Positions 13,601 to 22,489 are shown, counted from the first letter of the whole stretch. The stretch is 63,346 nucleotides of DNA, filler included, from Rhizaria sp. SCN 62-66 (GCA_001724265.1; 3 parts of 3 records of this genome joined end to end with filler, not necessarily neighbours in it); one strand, 5' to 3'. The notes: a model not told the origin generated them from the letters alone. Program-made: numbers and translations.

Positions 13601-16600
13601 GTGGCAGCCAGCGCGCCAGTCACGGGCGCCGTAGCAGTGGCATTGCATCGAGGCGTCGCAGTGATAGCGATGATGATGATGGCGACGAAAACAACGAGGA
13701 TGGTGCCAAGTCCATCGCGGGCGTTGCTGCCCGTCGGGAAGCACTTGCCACGCTCTCTCTGCTGCCGCGAATTATTTCCGCAACCGCTGCTGCAAACGCC
13801 GCTGCCGACGCAGCTGCTTCAGCCGCAGCCAGGGGTGACAAGCCCCGGCGCGCGCGGAAGCGCGAGCGGCGGGAGCGTGCGCGCGCGCGGCGCCACGCGC
13901 GGCTTACGGAGGCCGTGCTGCGCGGCGGCGCGCGTGCGGGCGCGAAGGTCCTCGGACTAGTGGTGCGTCGCCGTGTCGCTCTTACGCTCACCGCGGCTCC
14001 TGGTGGTGGTGAAAACGTGACTGCGCGCGTGATCCGCTGTGACAACAACACTCGTGGAGTGGGTGATGTTGATGATGAAGGCAACAGCGGCAGCGGGAGC
14101 GACGATATAGATGACAATGATAACGACATTGCGCCGCGCCGCAAGTCAACTCAGAAGTCAGCTGGAGCAGTCAACACTGGCATAGTGTTTGCCCCTGTTC
14201 GTGGCGGCCCTCATGCCGCTCGTGTCACAATTGTCGATACCGTGATTCCTCTCCGTGCGCGTCCGCTTGTCCTGGCCACGGGGGCTGACTCTATCGTTGC
14301 CGCTGTAGCGAGCACGCTCGACACGCATGCGCGTGATGTTATCGCAGAGGCCGCGGCCCGGGGGCGCGCGCGCGCTCTGACGGCCACTGCGCTCTCGTCG
14401 ACAGCGCTCCGGCGCGGCGCGTTTGACGACGCAGCCAGTGCGGCGCAGAAGATGTGGGGTGCGGATGCAATGTCCACAGCCGATGCTTCTGCGAATAACG
14501 GTAGTGCGAGCGGCGACGATACAGCGATGTCGCAATTTGCGCTAACAGTTGTTGGTGGAACTAACAGTGACGCACCAGCTTCTGCTGAGACTTCGCCCGA
14601 ATCGGCCGTCAACACTCATTCAGATAGCGCCATGGTGCGCGCAACCTGTCTGCTTCTGACGGCACCGCAGCCTTCTGAGCCACAGGGTGCGCCGCGCAGC
14701 CTGGGCACTCTTTCGCTGGGCTGGACCCCGGCGCCCGCTCCCAGTGTTGCACTTACACGTTCGCTTCCTGGTGCTGGCTTTGTGGGCCGGACGCGTTGTG
14801 CGTCGCCTAATGCGGGCCCGGGTGGTGCGGCCACTGCGTCACCCGGTCATAACGCAACAACATCGGTCGTCAACTCAGATACCATTATTTCCCCGATTGC
14901 TACAACTGACGGTGTCGTGTCGCTCGCCGCAGTGGCAGACGCGCCCTCTGCCGTGCCCTCGTCGCCGTCAGCCGCTCCCGCATCCTCTGCTGCCGCCGAC
15001 GCCGCTGCCCTCGCTGCCGCTGCTGCGGCTTCTGCGAGTGCTGCCGTCTCCGAGGCCACTGGTGGCGGTGTTGCTGCGCCCCCCGCGGAGGCCACCGCGT
15101 CAGAGCCTCTGTGGGAGATTGTAGAGCTCGTCGAGCGCCGCGTATCGCAGCGTGGTCGCGCGGTTGCCAATCCTTCGCTGCTGCTTCGGCGCAGGCTGCT
15201 GCGCAAGGTTGTGCTCCCACGCTTACCTCCGCCCGCAGCCGCGTCTGCTCAGGCGACGGCGGTGCGCGACTCAGCGCCAAGTCCTAACTCAGCAGCGCCA
15301 GCGAACTCGGGTGCAAGCGTCACTGCGAGCTCTGGTGGCAGTGGTGTTGCTGCTGTGCCAGACAGTGCCCCTGGCTGGGTCTGGGAAGAGGTTTGGGTCG
15401 AAGAAGTCTCTGCCTCTGCGAGCGCCGAGGACGCAAATACCAGCAGTGGCAGCAGCAGCGGTGGGGATATCCCGACGCTGTCGCTGCGGGCTCTGGTCGT
15501 GGCTACGCTGAGCCGGACTGCCGATCCCGACGCGGGCCCTGTGGTCGCGCCCGTCGCCAGCGAGAGCGGCAGCGACGGCGCAACCACTAGCAGCAGTAGC
15601 AGCAGCAGCACTGACAACGGCGCGGATGACTCGAGCTCAGACGACGACGTCCGCGCTCGCGCTGCTCCACGGCTGCGCCAATCGCGCGCTGTCGTGCGTG
15701 CGCGTCGCCGGCGTCGGCACGATGCGCGGGTTTACCGCGACCGAGATTACGACGGGGACAGTGCTGATGAGGCAGCTGCGGCGGTCGCTCTCGGCAATGA
15801 CGCGAGCGCAGCCTGGAAAACTGACGAAAGCCATGCTACTGCGCGTGCACTTTTGGCACCTAGTACTGTGCTGTCGGCAAACGCAGACAGTATCGTCGCC
15901 GAGACCGAGGCCGCCATCGCCGACGGACCCGACGCGAGCATCGATGTCGCACCCCCACTGGCTGCTGTGGTCGCCATGGCGGCGCGCGTGCTGTGCGCGC
16001 CTGTGTCGGCCGTGCCTGGCGCTACCCTACCTCCCGCTGCGGTTGCGCCTACTGTTCTGTACTCCGACGCTGACGCCGCGGTCGGGCGTAACTGGGCGTT
16101 GCCTATTGGCACGGCACCAGTTGCTCTGCGTGGTGTCGCATCTGCTGAAGCCGGCGCTCTATGGCGCCAGGTGCTCGCTGCGGGCGACACGGACGCAGCA
16201 GCGCTCTTGCCCTCGACAACCACAAGTACAGATGAGGCGGAAGCACCGCAACTGGGACAATGGCCGTCGGCAGAATGGCTACCGCTTGCTGCAGGTGCTT
16301 CGATTGGCTGGCACGCGCTACTGTGTCCTGTCGCAGATCCTGTGTTGGTGGCATCAGCTGTTGCCGCCGCCGCGGAGGCTGAAGCCGCTGCCGCTGAGGC
16401 GGGTGTGGGCGCCGCAGCCGCTGGAGCTTCTTCTGGGGGCGGGGCCAACGCTATTGCGGGTGCTGAAGGTGATGGGCTTGACCACTCTTTTGGCGCTGCG
16501 TTTGCTCTACAGGCTGCGTTGTCGAAGGCATTGCAAACTAAAACTCGCTCCGCGCTTGACGCTGCAGCCGCGCTCACTGCTGCAATTGCCGCGGTTGCCG

Positions 16601-19600
16601 CCGCACCGAACGCTGCAGTTGCTATGGTTGTTTCTGCGGCGGCGGCACGTGCTGCGGGCAAGAAGCGTCTCCGCAAAAATACCGCCACAGTGCTTGCTGC
16701 CACGTCTGTACCGACTGATGCAGGTGACAGTGTTTGGGGTGCGCCCGCGGGACTTGGATTTGTCTTCGCGCCTGCTAAAGCCGTTGTAGCTGAGTCCGGG
16801 GACAGCAAGGCGCTCACTGCCACACGCAACAGTCCCGTTGTAAGCGCATCAATCGTACGCGCGCTGCACGTTGTTGAGCTCGTCCTTGCGCCGGCTCACG
16901 CAGCGACGCTCAATGCACTTATGAAGGCGCCTCCGCTGCGACGCCTGCCCGACGGCTCTGTCGCGCCCACAACGCCAGAAGAGGAGGCACAACTCGAGTA
17001 CAACTGTCCTGGTGCGCCGAACGGTCAGCCGCTGCGGTTGTCCCTTGCGATGCGCACGCGTGTCCCGCCAGCGCGCGTGCCTGCGCTGCTGCTTGCCGCC
17101 CGTGCCCGCGCCTGTGCCGCGTTGGCGCGCTCGCTGGGCTCCAACGCCGGCGCCGCTGTTGTGATTACGTGCCCCGACATGCTCGGCGCGACGGAGCCGC
17201 TGCGCGCCGCAGTCGACGCGCTTCCCGGCGCTGCAGCGCTGCGGGCGTGGGCGGAGAGCGAAATGGGCCGCACTGATGCGGACAGACGCAGGGCCCGGAC
17301 GCGTGCGCGCGCGCAGCTCAACGCGCGCCTGTTACAGCAGCAACAGCAGCAGCAAGCGGCGTCGAAGGCCCAGGCAAAGGCTGCTGAGACTGCTGCAGTG
17401 CCTGTGACGCCTGGCAAGCGCAGGAGCATTGTTCGTGGCGGAGCTGTAGGGACGCCGGGCCAGGGCCGCAAGGCGCTCGTCCCGGGTCAGGTGCAGATGC
17501 ATCAGGCACTGACATCGGCTGCAGCTGCTGCCTCTGCACGCATTCCAGACGCTGGGGATGATCATAATGAGGAAGATGTTAGTGATGAGGAAGACAGTGA
17601 AGACTCCGACCTCGATAACGCAGAGGCTGCTCTGCGCGCGGTGAACTACAGTAGCCCGCTCTCCTCCTCTCGCGCCGCTCTCGCCGCGCGCGCCAGCCCC
17701 CGTGCCGGCCGCATGCTGCCGTACCCAGACATATCCGCGATCATCGGTGCGCGCCCCGCCGCGGACATGCAGCACCACAGTCTCGACGACGCTGCGGCCG
17801 CCGCCGACCCCGCGGCTCTTCACTCCCCGTTTCTGCACTCGCCCGAAACTTCCCCGGGACTTGATGCCGGAGTGCTGGACGAGCTGCCACAGTCGCGCAC
17901 AGAAGCGGAGGCTGCCGCTGATGAGCTACTTAGAGCAATCACGGCGCCGCCGCCGCCACCGCGCACGCCGCCGCCGCGGTTGCGCGCAGCGTCCCCGCGT
18001 CTGCACTCTCGCGAAGACGCCTCAGCCGCCACTGCGTGGCCCGGGGCGCGGTCGCCGTCGCCGTCGCTGCGCGCGCGCTCACCTTTTATGCCGCTGCGTT
18101 CACGCCTTAATACGCCGAGCATTGGCGACGACAAGCTCTGCCGCCTGCGCGTGGTCGACGAGCGCCCCGTGACGCCGCTGACTCTGCGTCCGCGCGCGCT
18201 GTCCCGCGGTCTCTCCCCGCTCCCGGCGCCGCTGAGCGCTGCGGCCAGCGGCGGCTCGCCCAGTGCGACACCGACGCAAGGCATCCGCTCGATGTCGCCG
18301 CTGACGCCTCCGGTGCACGAGCTGAGCCGCGACTTTGAGCTGGAGCTCGAGCGCGAGCTCGGGTGCGGGCCCGGCGCCGGGCTACTAGGGCAAGGGCTCG
18401 AAGATGTGACGGAAGACCCGCGGCGCGAAGGGCGGGGCCGGCGCGGTAGCGATAGCAGCAGCAGCAACAGCAGCAGCAACGCTGCCGGTGACGACAGTGA
18501 CTCGCTCGGGATTGTCGTGCGCGTGATCGGCCAGTCGCGGGCCGACGCGCACGCCGCCGCGCTGTCATCAAGCGACAGCGACGACGGCGACGGCAGCCGC
18601 TGGGACCCCGACGAGGACGACCACATGCGCCGCGAGCGACGTCGCAATCGTCGCGCAGCCGCGGCAGCCGCAGCCGCTGAGGCGGAGGCTGCAGCGCGGG
18701 CTGCGCTCGACGCCGAAGCCGCAGCTGCTGCTGCTGCTGCTGCGGGTGCGGGCGTGTTGAGCACTGTGCGCATGCCGTCCCGCGCTGGTGCCTATGACGG
18801 CGCGCGCTCGCACTCTGAATCGCGGTCGCGCTCGGAATCGCGCACACAAGGCGAGGCCACAGACACCTCAGCGCACGCCGGAGGCTCTTTGTTCGGGCAC
18901 GCGCGACACCCCGCGCTGCCGCCGCCGCTCGTGTTCGCTGGCTCTACAGCCCAGCGCAGCCGTGCATCAGTGCGAAGGCTTGTGTCTGAAGAGTTCCTCA
19001 CGCAACTCATGCGTGTGCGCGCGCCACGCCTTCTGCAGCTTGAAGGCTTGGCTGCGGAGTTGGCTGCTGCCGCAGCAGCATCGGGCACAGACGCGCCTGG
19101 TGTTGGTATGAGCGGCCGAGCTGATGCAACAAGTGCAACTGGAGCTGGAACCGGGAGCGCGGGCGCAGGGCTTGGTCTTGGAGCTGGGTTTGCAAAGAAG
19201 ATGTACTACGGTGTCCAGTCGAGACTCAGTGTTTCTGCCACTGGCATCAAAAATGCGGGCACCGTCAGTGTTGGTCCAGGTAACAATGCGAGTGGCAGCT
19301 TTTTGTCACAAAGTCTGCAGGATTATCTGCGGAAGGATATTCCGACGCAAGCTGGCGCTCACACTCTGGTGTCCTCATGTGCGCGCGGGCACGGTCGTAA
19401 CAAGGAGGCCACCGCTGATGCTTCCGGCGATAGCAACACCCAAAGTGCTGCTGATACTGCAGCCGCAGGCCGTCGCGCAACTGCGCCACCGACGTCCTCC
19501 ACAGCCACAGCCGAATGCATTGCTGCTGCGGCGAGCACACAGTTGATCACGATGCTCGACCGGCTTGAGGCCGCGCGTGCCGCGTCCTCGGCCGCCGTAT

Positions 19601-21321
19601 CCGCTGCCTCAGTCGCCGCGCGCCGCCAGCCGCACTACCCCGCGCCCGCGGCGGCGAGTGCAGAAGCGTCTGCCGCACTGGCTCGCCGCCGCGAAGGCCG
19701 CCGCCGCCACAGCGTGTCTGGCTCGCTTGAGCCCGAGCTGAGCTCTGAAGAGCGCTATCGACGCTTTGCGAATACCTCCTTACTCGAGGCCGCGTGCGCC
19801 GGTCCGCCAGCGCACTACGCACGACTGCTTGCGGGGCTGCGCGGAGCCGCCAGCGCGATGCCGCAGCGGCTGACTGCGCTGCAGACGCTGCTGCCCGACC
19901 TCGGCGCGCACACGGCGCGGCTCGGCGCGGCTCTGGGCGCGGCGTCCGCCACGGTCGGCGCGGCGACAACCACACGCAAGGCCGTCGTGCCCACGGTCGC
20001 CACACTCGAGCCCGGTGCGCAGGCAACAGCGGCGCCAGCAACAGTGACTCCTGGTGGTGCTGCGAGCGGAGTGACCGAGATGGGTGCAGCAGTGGTGAAC
20101 GTCGCAGGTGGGCTGGTGCTGAGGCCGGTGCAGTCGCAGCAACAGGCGCAAGCAGTTGCGTTGGCGCTGGCGCAAACCCAGGCATTAGGGCGTGGACGCG
20201 GTGACGCGAGTGACGTGGGTGAGCAGAGCTCGGCACTGTTGCAAAGTGGTATGGGGCGAGAGCGACCTGCTACTGCTGCGGCGGTGTTGCCCTCATCACG
20301 AATCTCCCGCGCCATGTGGCCCTCAGAGCTCCCTGCCTATGCAACTCCAAGCGGCAATGCGAACGCTAACCCAAGCGCGAGCGCAGCCTCCGGGGCTAGT
20401 ATGAGTGCAGGTGAAGGCTCATCGACTGTTGTGGCAGCGTCAGGGCCCGCACTGTCGGACCGCGACCGGCTCTTATGTTTGGCCGCAGAGCCGGGTGCCG
20501 CACGCCGGCTGCTTGCCGCTGCAGCCGCAACCTGCAATCCCGCCGTTAGATCTAACTCGACTACTGCGCCTGGTGTGAACGTGGCTGCTGTGCTGCGTCG
20601 CCCGGGAACTGCAGTTGGATTCGCGACAACAACCGCCACAGCCGGCTTAGGGTTTTCTCCTTTGTTGGCATCTACAGCCACCAACACCGGGGCTGGGGCT
20701 GGCACTGGATTTAGCTCGAGTGCACGTGCCACGTCAGCGCGGCCCGGGACCGCGGCTGCGTCGGCTGGGTCTCGCGTGCAGCCTCTGTATGCGCAGGACG
20801 CCCGCTGGATCTCTGCTCACGCGTACGATAACGCTGCCGTAAGCGGCAACGCAACTTGTGCGGCACCTGCTCAGAGTAACAATGACGGCACCAACCGCAG
20901 CTATTCGCATAACGGTGCGCCTCATCCACAAATTCCGTCGCAATCTCAGTCCCAGCGACAGTTTAGCGCGTTCCCCAGTGGCGCGGTGCACATCGGTGCT
21001 GGCGCTGCGATGAATGGAGCCGAGGGCAAGGCACGACCGCAAACAGCACGTTGGGCTGGGTCCGAGATCACTCCCGGCATGCTCACGGGCGCCGCGAGTG
21101 TACGTGGCGTGTCGGCGCGCGGCACGGTGAACAAACAAGGTCCCAATGGGAAGCGTGGACGAGTCTCCAGCGCAACTAGTGCATATGTTGCTGATGCGAG
21201 TACAAGTGCTGGTGCTGATGAGGGTGGTCGATCAGAGGCAGCGGGGCAGACACAGGTTGTTGCGTTCACAGGCCTGCGGGCCAACGTGGTACAGGCCGCA
21301 TTACCGCCGAGTCACGGGTAA
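4630..21321 (+). CDS. Giant intronless Ala/Ser/Pro-rich protein of unknown function, 5563 aa
   Basis: A 16.7-kb stop-free frame bounded by AT-rich spacers. The first in-frame ATG is at 4630 (the track starts at TTG 4576); stop TAA at 21319-21321. Mostly low complexity with many RPx[ST]A motifs. Confidence 0.85.
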   Translation: MASALRPASSGHGADGSSPSTSARRAHPFVVSFSDDVPGSVSPAAQAPDRRNNNAGDHSIAAPANAAAAADAAAAAAGWPAPVPTPTRLAPSSPLPSPFVPRMRSIAPPGGPANSNSNSASDNNNGSNAAATIATGALYPRPQPPAARSGFVTTPTDSASVPASPYPSASVNATASPANRGPRPTFAAAAASAAAVAVAAAAASAPEPVRAALAPLLLHSHSLSHVGYLQDSHGLSHGAAVGSATAATNAATTPDAALEAHLHQLQSRAYALKAALVPHSYADSTGSQAASEIDWRALDGFALADAAAATLAASNNGDSGSATGTGTRAHGHGHSAHASRATSRQRLRSRSRSRSRSRGAARSAAAAMTAATAAAKALATANSNAEKTASQLQLQSQRVSLRTAADVTALATAEFTRLASLLLPLPGSNAKTNPIRDAPVSPTARPRPATAAADLNSNSTANSSPALSLTHVSGALPRPVSVSHGSAASAAAPSPLLAPAGAGDLRGEGAALHYRPHALLSRLEVLYSPLFFAATMHFAHLMHPRPHAFAHGSNNASVGDNDAGDANAAGTGWGGDSVAQTPADAGSKHRRVPSHAHSQSQSQNQGHGHGMQFSFGFASPVAVAAEAEAAALARDPWLALLPRPLPRFTAADWLPVLLRLQLWTDGDLTPHGTRPDHSYSYNSGDRVGYGRAKGAAVANDGFARAPAAAVAACVRDWRMDTIGLTASSVNSLPNTTSNKSSNIIKGDASSSATAGSQLDSTGGVVLDPARVHRALHELVDVWSGPLPIQPPPTLQAQQQQSLLLTQTQPPPSPSRARSARAAHSASSHGAGTSNAAPAAAESAADAAASAHGYTALDYAVWLARAYYAITTPRAVADGASPPPPGTAPPPPRATLPPGAPVPAALAGPGLGSAMLWGEEWTVDAVASAPPAASSPAARAAAEATLLWFFAQAPPARHGVDARPPAVAAALRARHCNRSSGRTPGNVASIGSGGMEGALAPPPPPPRRPRPLSTVHTSLLEAAAAKCVAQSMAQSAAPSLLVTNEDSHDEDGGLSSNNDNSDADEGFNANDPADGGGVSVVWHGASVGDGASGAAGACPGGKGRRGSIAMQSGARAAVTVNSITALALTANALPEPPVTTVAKQTAEPSRTDGDNEQLLQQSEQSQNDDASWLRRRAAKPSLVQTLVLDPLAAAAAAAATAAAAATSLEGAKAAAAAVSPARGRRGSVATGNAVLASQPLSPSTRSVSPPRSAFPHAHNVMSEPQTPSSPRKRARRRAAAAALAADADAAAFPDDEDSILARFDPPTAAAVAAAASAAAEAAGAAASAPTSRLTYAQSLDLRLALSSALPLSTSDGDSMKSALGALPGATINSISNDAMLDGLSANNAGSRPGSASARPGSASARPGSATDRPGSTTARPGSASRPRARPDSAGAFGSSSSRGLVSGFLAGPAQPRIAVLRARALAAAGDTLWAHGLGQPLGTPAGLALDLTVAMPWEAVPPRSLGTDIAIAAATTSAATRSLEASLHGDSRPHTATATAEADANNAADTPWSPLTGLPAPHIQGGGLTSGGTSGFHGTTSGHLPSHGSYLADPPVSSAIAPSGAGWGFATSSATSPLLGATSLANNAGTSPQQAQRELQRAVTSLGRRSARASGTGLGTLGSASGPVGGSPRGRPATAAAAVSAPASGGVESASVVAGKAFHPLDAVPGSNAPPLRLGPADTKRLTHLRRRVQLLTAHQRGAFATAEVAADTDAAAAAAAAAAAGAGRGGGLRRARTAVSRARAAAAAARSGGPAATAALAGADGLLHPRRLRARVSSALGPLVGPAVLPTGVGMATSFAEHLTGSSGASTNAVVAAAVAAGKHPTVQQGALGATFGASQTLSSSQQPPQLQRPATAPTRDATGDGGTVSAADGTAAPGDAAFTAVEWGGVRSLWALQRGRDAARDRARAAALPSSVSATLGAGDGDGDDAGGDAITRAQARARARARVLSGRAGPAASAAAALCDDSESDPPTPPMPSVTTESALKAAQAAAAGGAHRWLGVKALSPLPRPASAVAPAGLDKARSLLHGASVSASPDAAAESAAVDPALTSAAADALTGEGHVGPDGATATTRLTGRAAALAASREGILVQSNGLAPTLLMPRGLSLASMPAPRAARAQLLRAAAVDDAAAAAAAAAAVEAEAAAAVAAAQAARPIATTPNSGTASPSRAGGSRPGNVSLLASTALDGSNASVARAAAWAASEQAANDVLLAQRLLTPAAAVAVTKAAVASAVFVDAADSTKNAVENSNASVPDAGAAPVVASAAGAPVVELITPLAAAADLAGATTAVAHERRRGVIDLAAHSVSLALARAGAERARALAAAVCAQLRPPARALTLTLSNAQTTAADDSAGASYANGAVGVRGVWPTVPLAIAAPAATTSLDSRPAPSSVLLAAPQQPLSMWLARARLRAAVSLASTSALRPFLSSRPASHAAASVLSLAGSLDAGRDWRALAPSHAPPATHAGGTNWLRAGAPRAVRVPLAAVAAVVDRAAFHGDDCGPALAVATDNVAAAGALAAVATAVKTPYGWCAVPAPAASASAAATAAASAVSRYLVVAAQRLCDGKSERDSGRDSVRDSVRDASDRDHERGPRASALSLWDPSVFASEPVTAAETDAGGRPLPLSLLGLVSMAANSNAAGSVPVLSLAAAALSALPDSHELLPPQSHALAAAAAVTVNAALAAAAWITAPAVAIAAAEAAETAAAEAAAAAAAADEANAAAAAAAVEISVGKGRGKKGHRKVRPDSAAAAAPVSSSRGTSPSRSPSGSRSHTGRDQSAAAATPGTASSRSRGRPQEQPGHPQKQQKQQAAHAAASRTMTATSVASTITPSASVKSVPVEQNNTSTSSMARVPADAGGMTATTRLLSSAAATTSLSCLAPAADVALTTPVSSATSDSAAASNGVGCYPAALLRLWRVVQPTYTSCLAGDAHALQQHALARVRASAKAADSRRGSQRASHGRRSSGIASRRRSDSDDDDGDENNEDGAKSIAGVAARREALATLSLLPRIISATAAANAAADAAASAAARGDKPRRARKRERRERARARRHARLTEAVLRGGARAGAKVLGLVVRRRVALTLTAAPGGGENVTARVIRCDNNTRGVGDVDDEGNSGSGSDDIDDNDNDIAPRRKSTQKSAGAVNTGIVFAPVRGGPHAARVTIVDTVIPLRARPLVLATGADSIVAAVASTLDTHARDVIAEAAARGRARALTATALSSTALRRGAFDDAASAAQKMWGADAMSTADASANNGSASGDDTAMSQFALTVVGGTNSDAPASAETSPESAVNTHSDSAMVRATCLLLTAPQPSEPQGAPRSLGTLSLGWTPAPAPSVALTRSLPGAGFVGRTRCASPNAGPGGAATASPGHNATTSVVNSDTIISPIATTDGVVSLAAVADAPSAVPSSPSAAPASSAAADAAALAAAAAASASAAVSEATGGGVAAPPAEATASEPLWEIVELVERRVSQRGRAVANPSLLLRRRLLRKVVLPRLPPPAAASAQATAVRDSAPSPNSAAPANSGASVTASSGGSGVAAVPDSAPGWVWEEVWVEEVSASASAEDANTSSGSSSGGDIPTLSLRALVVATLSRTADPDAGPVVAPVASESGSDGATTSSSSSSSTDNGADDSSSDDDVRARAAPRLRQSRAVVRARRRRRHDARVYRDRDYDGDSADEAAAAVALGNDASAAWKTDESHATARALLAPSTVLSANADSIVAETEAAIADGPDASIDVAPPLAAVVAMAARVLCAPVSAVPGATLPPAAVAPTVLYSDADAAVGRNWALPIGTAPVALRGVASAEAGALWRQVLAAGDTDAAALLPSTTTSTDEAEAPQLGQWPSAEWLPLAAGASIGWHALLCPVADPVLVASAVAAAAEAEAAAAEAGVGAAAAGASSGGGANAIAGAEGDGLDHSFGAAFALQAALSKALQTKTRSALDAAAALTAAIAAVAAAPNAAVAMVVSAAAARAAGKKRLRKNTATVLAATSVPTDAGDSVWGAPAGLGFVFAPAKAVVAESGDSKALTATRNSPVVSASIVRALHVVELVLAPAHAATLNALMKAPPLRRLPDGSVAPTTPEEEAQLEYNCPGAPNGQPLRLSLAMRTRVPPARVPALLLAARARACAALARSLGSNAGAAVVITCPDMLGATEPLRAAVDALPGAAALRAWAESEMGRTDADRRRARTRARAQLNARLLQQQQQQQAASKAQAKAAETAAVPVTPGKRRSIVRGGAVGTPGQGRKALVPGQVQMHQALTSAAAAASARIPDAGDDHNEEDVSDEEDSEDSDLDNAEAALRAVNYSSPLSSSRAALAARASPRAGRMLPYPDISAIIGARPAADMQHHSLDDAAAAADPAALHSPFLHSPETSPGLDAGVLDELPQSRTEAEAAADELLRAITAPPPPPRTPPPRLRAASPRLHSREDASAATAWPGARSPSPSLRARSPFMPLRSRLNTPSIGDDKLCRLRVVDERPVTPLTLRPRALSRGLSPLPAPLSAAASGGSPSATPTQGIRSMSPLTPPVHELSRDFELELERELGCGPGAGLLGQGLEDVTEDPRREGRGRRGSDSSSSNSSSNAAGDDSDSLGIVVRVIGQSRADAHAAALSSSDSDDGDGSRWDPDEDDHMRRERRRNRRAAAAAAAAEAEAAARAALDAEAAAAAAAAAGAGVLSTVRMPSRAGAYDGARSHSESRSRSESRTQGEATDTSAHAGGSLFGHARHPALPPPLVFAGSTAQRSRASVRRLVSEEFLTQLMRVRAPRLLQLEGLAAELAAAAAASGTDAPGVGMSGRADATSATGAGTGSAGAGLGLGAGFAKKMYYGVQSRLSVSATGIKNAGTVSVGPGNNASGSFLSQSLQDYLRKDIPTQAGAHTLVSSCARGHGRNKEATADASGDSNTQSAADTAAAGRRATAPPTSSTATAECIAAAASTQLITMLDRLEAARAASSAAVSAASVAARRQPHYPAPAAASAEASAALARRREGRRRHSVSGSLEPELSSEERYRRFANTSLLEAACAGPPAHYARLLAGLRGAASAMPQRLTALQTLLPDLGAHTARLGAALGAASATVGAATTTRKAVVPTVATLEPGAQATAAPATVTPGGAASGVTEMGAAVVNVAGGLVLRPVQSQQQAQAVALALAQTQALGRGRGDASDVGEQSSALLQSGMGRERPATAAAVLPSSRISRAMWPSELPAYATPSGNANANPSASAASGASMSAGEGSSTVVAASGPALSDRDRLLCLAAEPGAARRLLAAAAATCNPAVRSNSTTAPGVNVAAVLRRPGTAVGFATTTATAGLGFSPLLASTATNTGAGAGTGFSSSARATSARPGTAAASAGSRVQPLYAQDARWISAHAYDNAAVSGNATCAAPAQSNNDGTNRSYSHNGAPHPQIPSQSQSQRQFSAFPSGAVHIGAGAAMNGAEGKARPQTARWAGSEITPGMLTGAASVRGVSARGTVNKQGPNGKRGRVSSATSAYVADASTSAGADEGGRSEAAGQTQVVAFTGLRANVVQAALPPSHG
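8797..8925 (+). repeat. 21-nt-period coding tandem repeat encoding (RPGSASA)n-like units
   Basis: Translates RPGSASA-RPGSASA-RPGSATD-RPGSTTA-RPGSAS-RPRA-RPDSA, with synonymous differences between copies. Confidence 0.9.
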
Positions 21322-21667
21322 AACTGGACTTAACCAAGACACACGTATCGACTCATATTGATGATAAACTGTTTATTTAGCTTAGTTGGATTCGCTGTTG
21401 TAATTTCTCCTGTTGATTCTATTGTTATTTAGGTGGGTATCGGAACCTTACCACCATGCCCTCAACCTCACCTCGATTCCATTCATATACATATACTAAG
21501 TATATCACAAATAATCGATAAAAATCGTATTCACAAAGCTGATAAGTACAAAGTAGTCGTCACGATGCCACGCATGCTCAGTGACCGCAAATCTGCAGTT
21601 TCCTTCGTGCACGCACTCCTAGTTGCCGCGTCATGGTGTATGCGCAAACACTTCCACAACCACAACG

Positions 21668-22183
21668 TTATAACCTCTCTAAACCATCAATGTGGATTAT
21701 GGCAATGTTGTCCTCCTCCTTCTCCTCAGAGTAGTCGGCATTTGTCGCTGAAATGACACACTCAACCACCTGACACTCCTCTTCGGATGTGTCAACCGGC
21801 GAGCCTTCGACATCCGCGTCACCACGCGCGACCGCGGGCACCAGTTTGGTAAGTTTCTTCTCCGCCAAACTGTGATGGATTACCGCGTTAAACTCCGCGA
21901 TCTGCTCCCTAAACTCGTCGCGCGTGGCCGCGAGCGCACGGTTGATTAACGACTTAATCGTGTCAGGGTCGTGTAGATATTCCGTGATGTGCGATGAACG
22001 TGACTGAAAGCGGTGTTAAGGTGCGTTGCAAACCTCGCTGCTGCGACAGCTGATCCTGCCAGGGGATGGCTAAGCATGAGAATACGAAAACCACGTGTAC
22101 ACCACGCAACGCATGATGATAGGTGAGTTAAGTCAACAATCTCACAACACTGCGAGCGCAGGGCTTTCCGTGTGTCTCACCAT
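21668..22183 (-). CDS. Small orphan protein with acidic tail, ~112 aa, ATG-only first coding exon
   Basis: ATG at 22183-22181, then intron 22180-22004 (GTGAGA..TTAACACCGCTTTCAG, 177 nt), then exon 22003-21668. Reads MSRSSHITEYLHDPDTIKSLINRALAATRDEFREQIAEFNAVIHHSLAEKKL...DGLERL-TAA. The ORF track shows only the last 66 codons. No homolog recognised. Confidence 0.55.
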
Positions 22184-22361
22184 AATTCGTGCGAGGTAAA
22201 GCTTACTTCACGAAAATACAAATTCGAAATAAGTACTTCAAGTAATGTCGATAATAACTGCATAAAGATATATGTCTCTCTTGAACTCACAGATATATAG
22301 CACTGACATCTGTTAATTGTCAGCAGACTGGAGATTGCTGGCTTGGGTGAATGGGTGGAGG

Positions 22362-22395
22362 CAAGTGACCGTGAGCAGTCCAAGTGACCGTGAGC
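22362..22395. repeat. Direct repeat CAAGTGACCGTGAGC x2 in the spacer upstream of RPS15
   Basis: Identical 15-mers at 22362-22376 and 22381-22395. Confidence 0.85.
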
Positions 22396-22489
22396 TTGTT
22401 TTCGGCTGTCTCTGCGGTGGAAGGCTGGGTGAGAGGACAAAACCTAGGACCTAAGTTTGTGTCTAACGTTAGCGTTTGTAGATTTCAGT

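Noticed and set aside
22113-22306. ATGATGA ... CTGA as a box C/D snoRNA
   Set aside because: The boxes are about 185 nt apart, with no terminal stem or recognisable rRNA guide, and lie antisense to the host intron.
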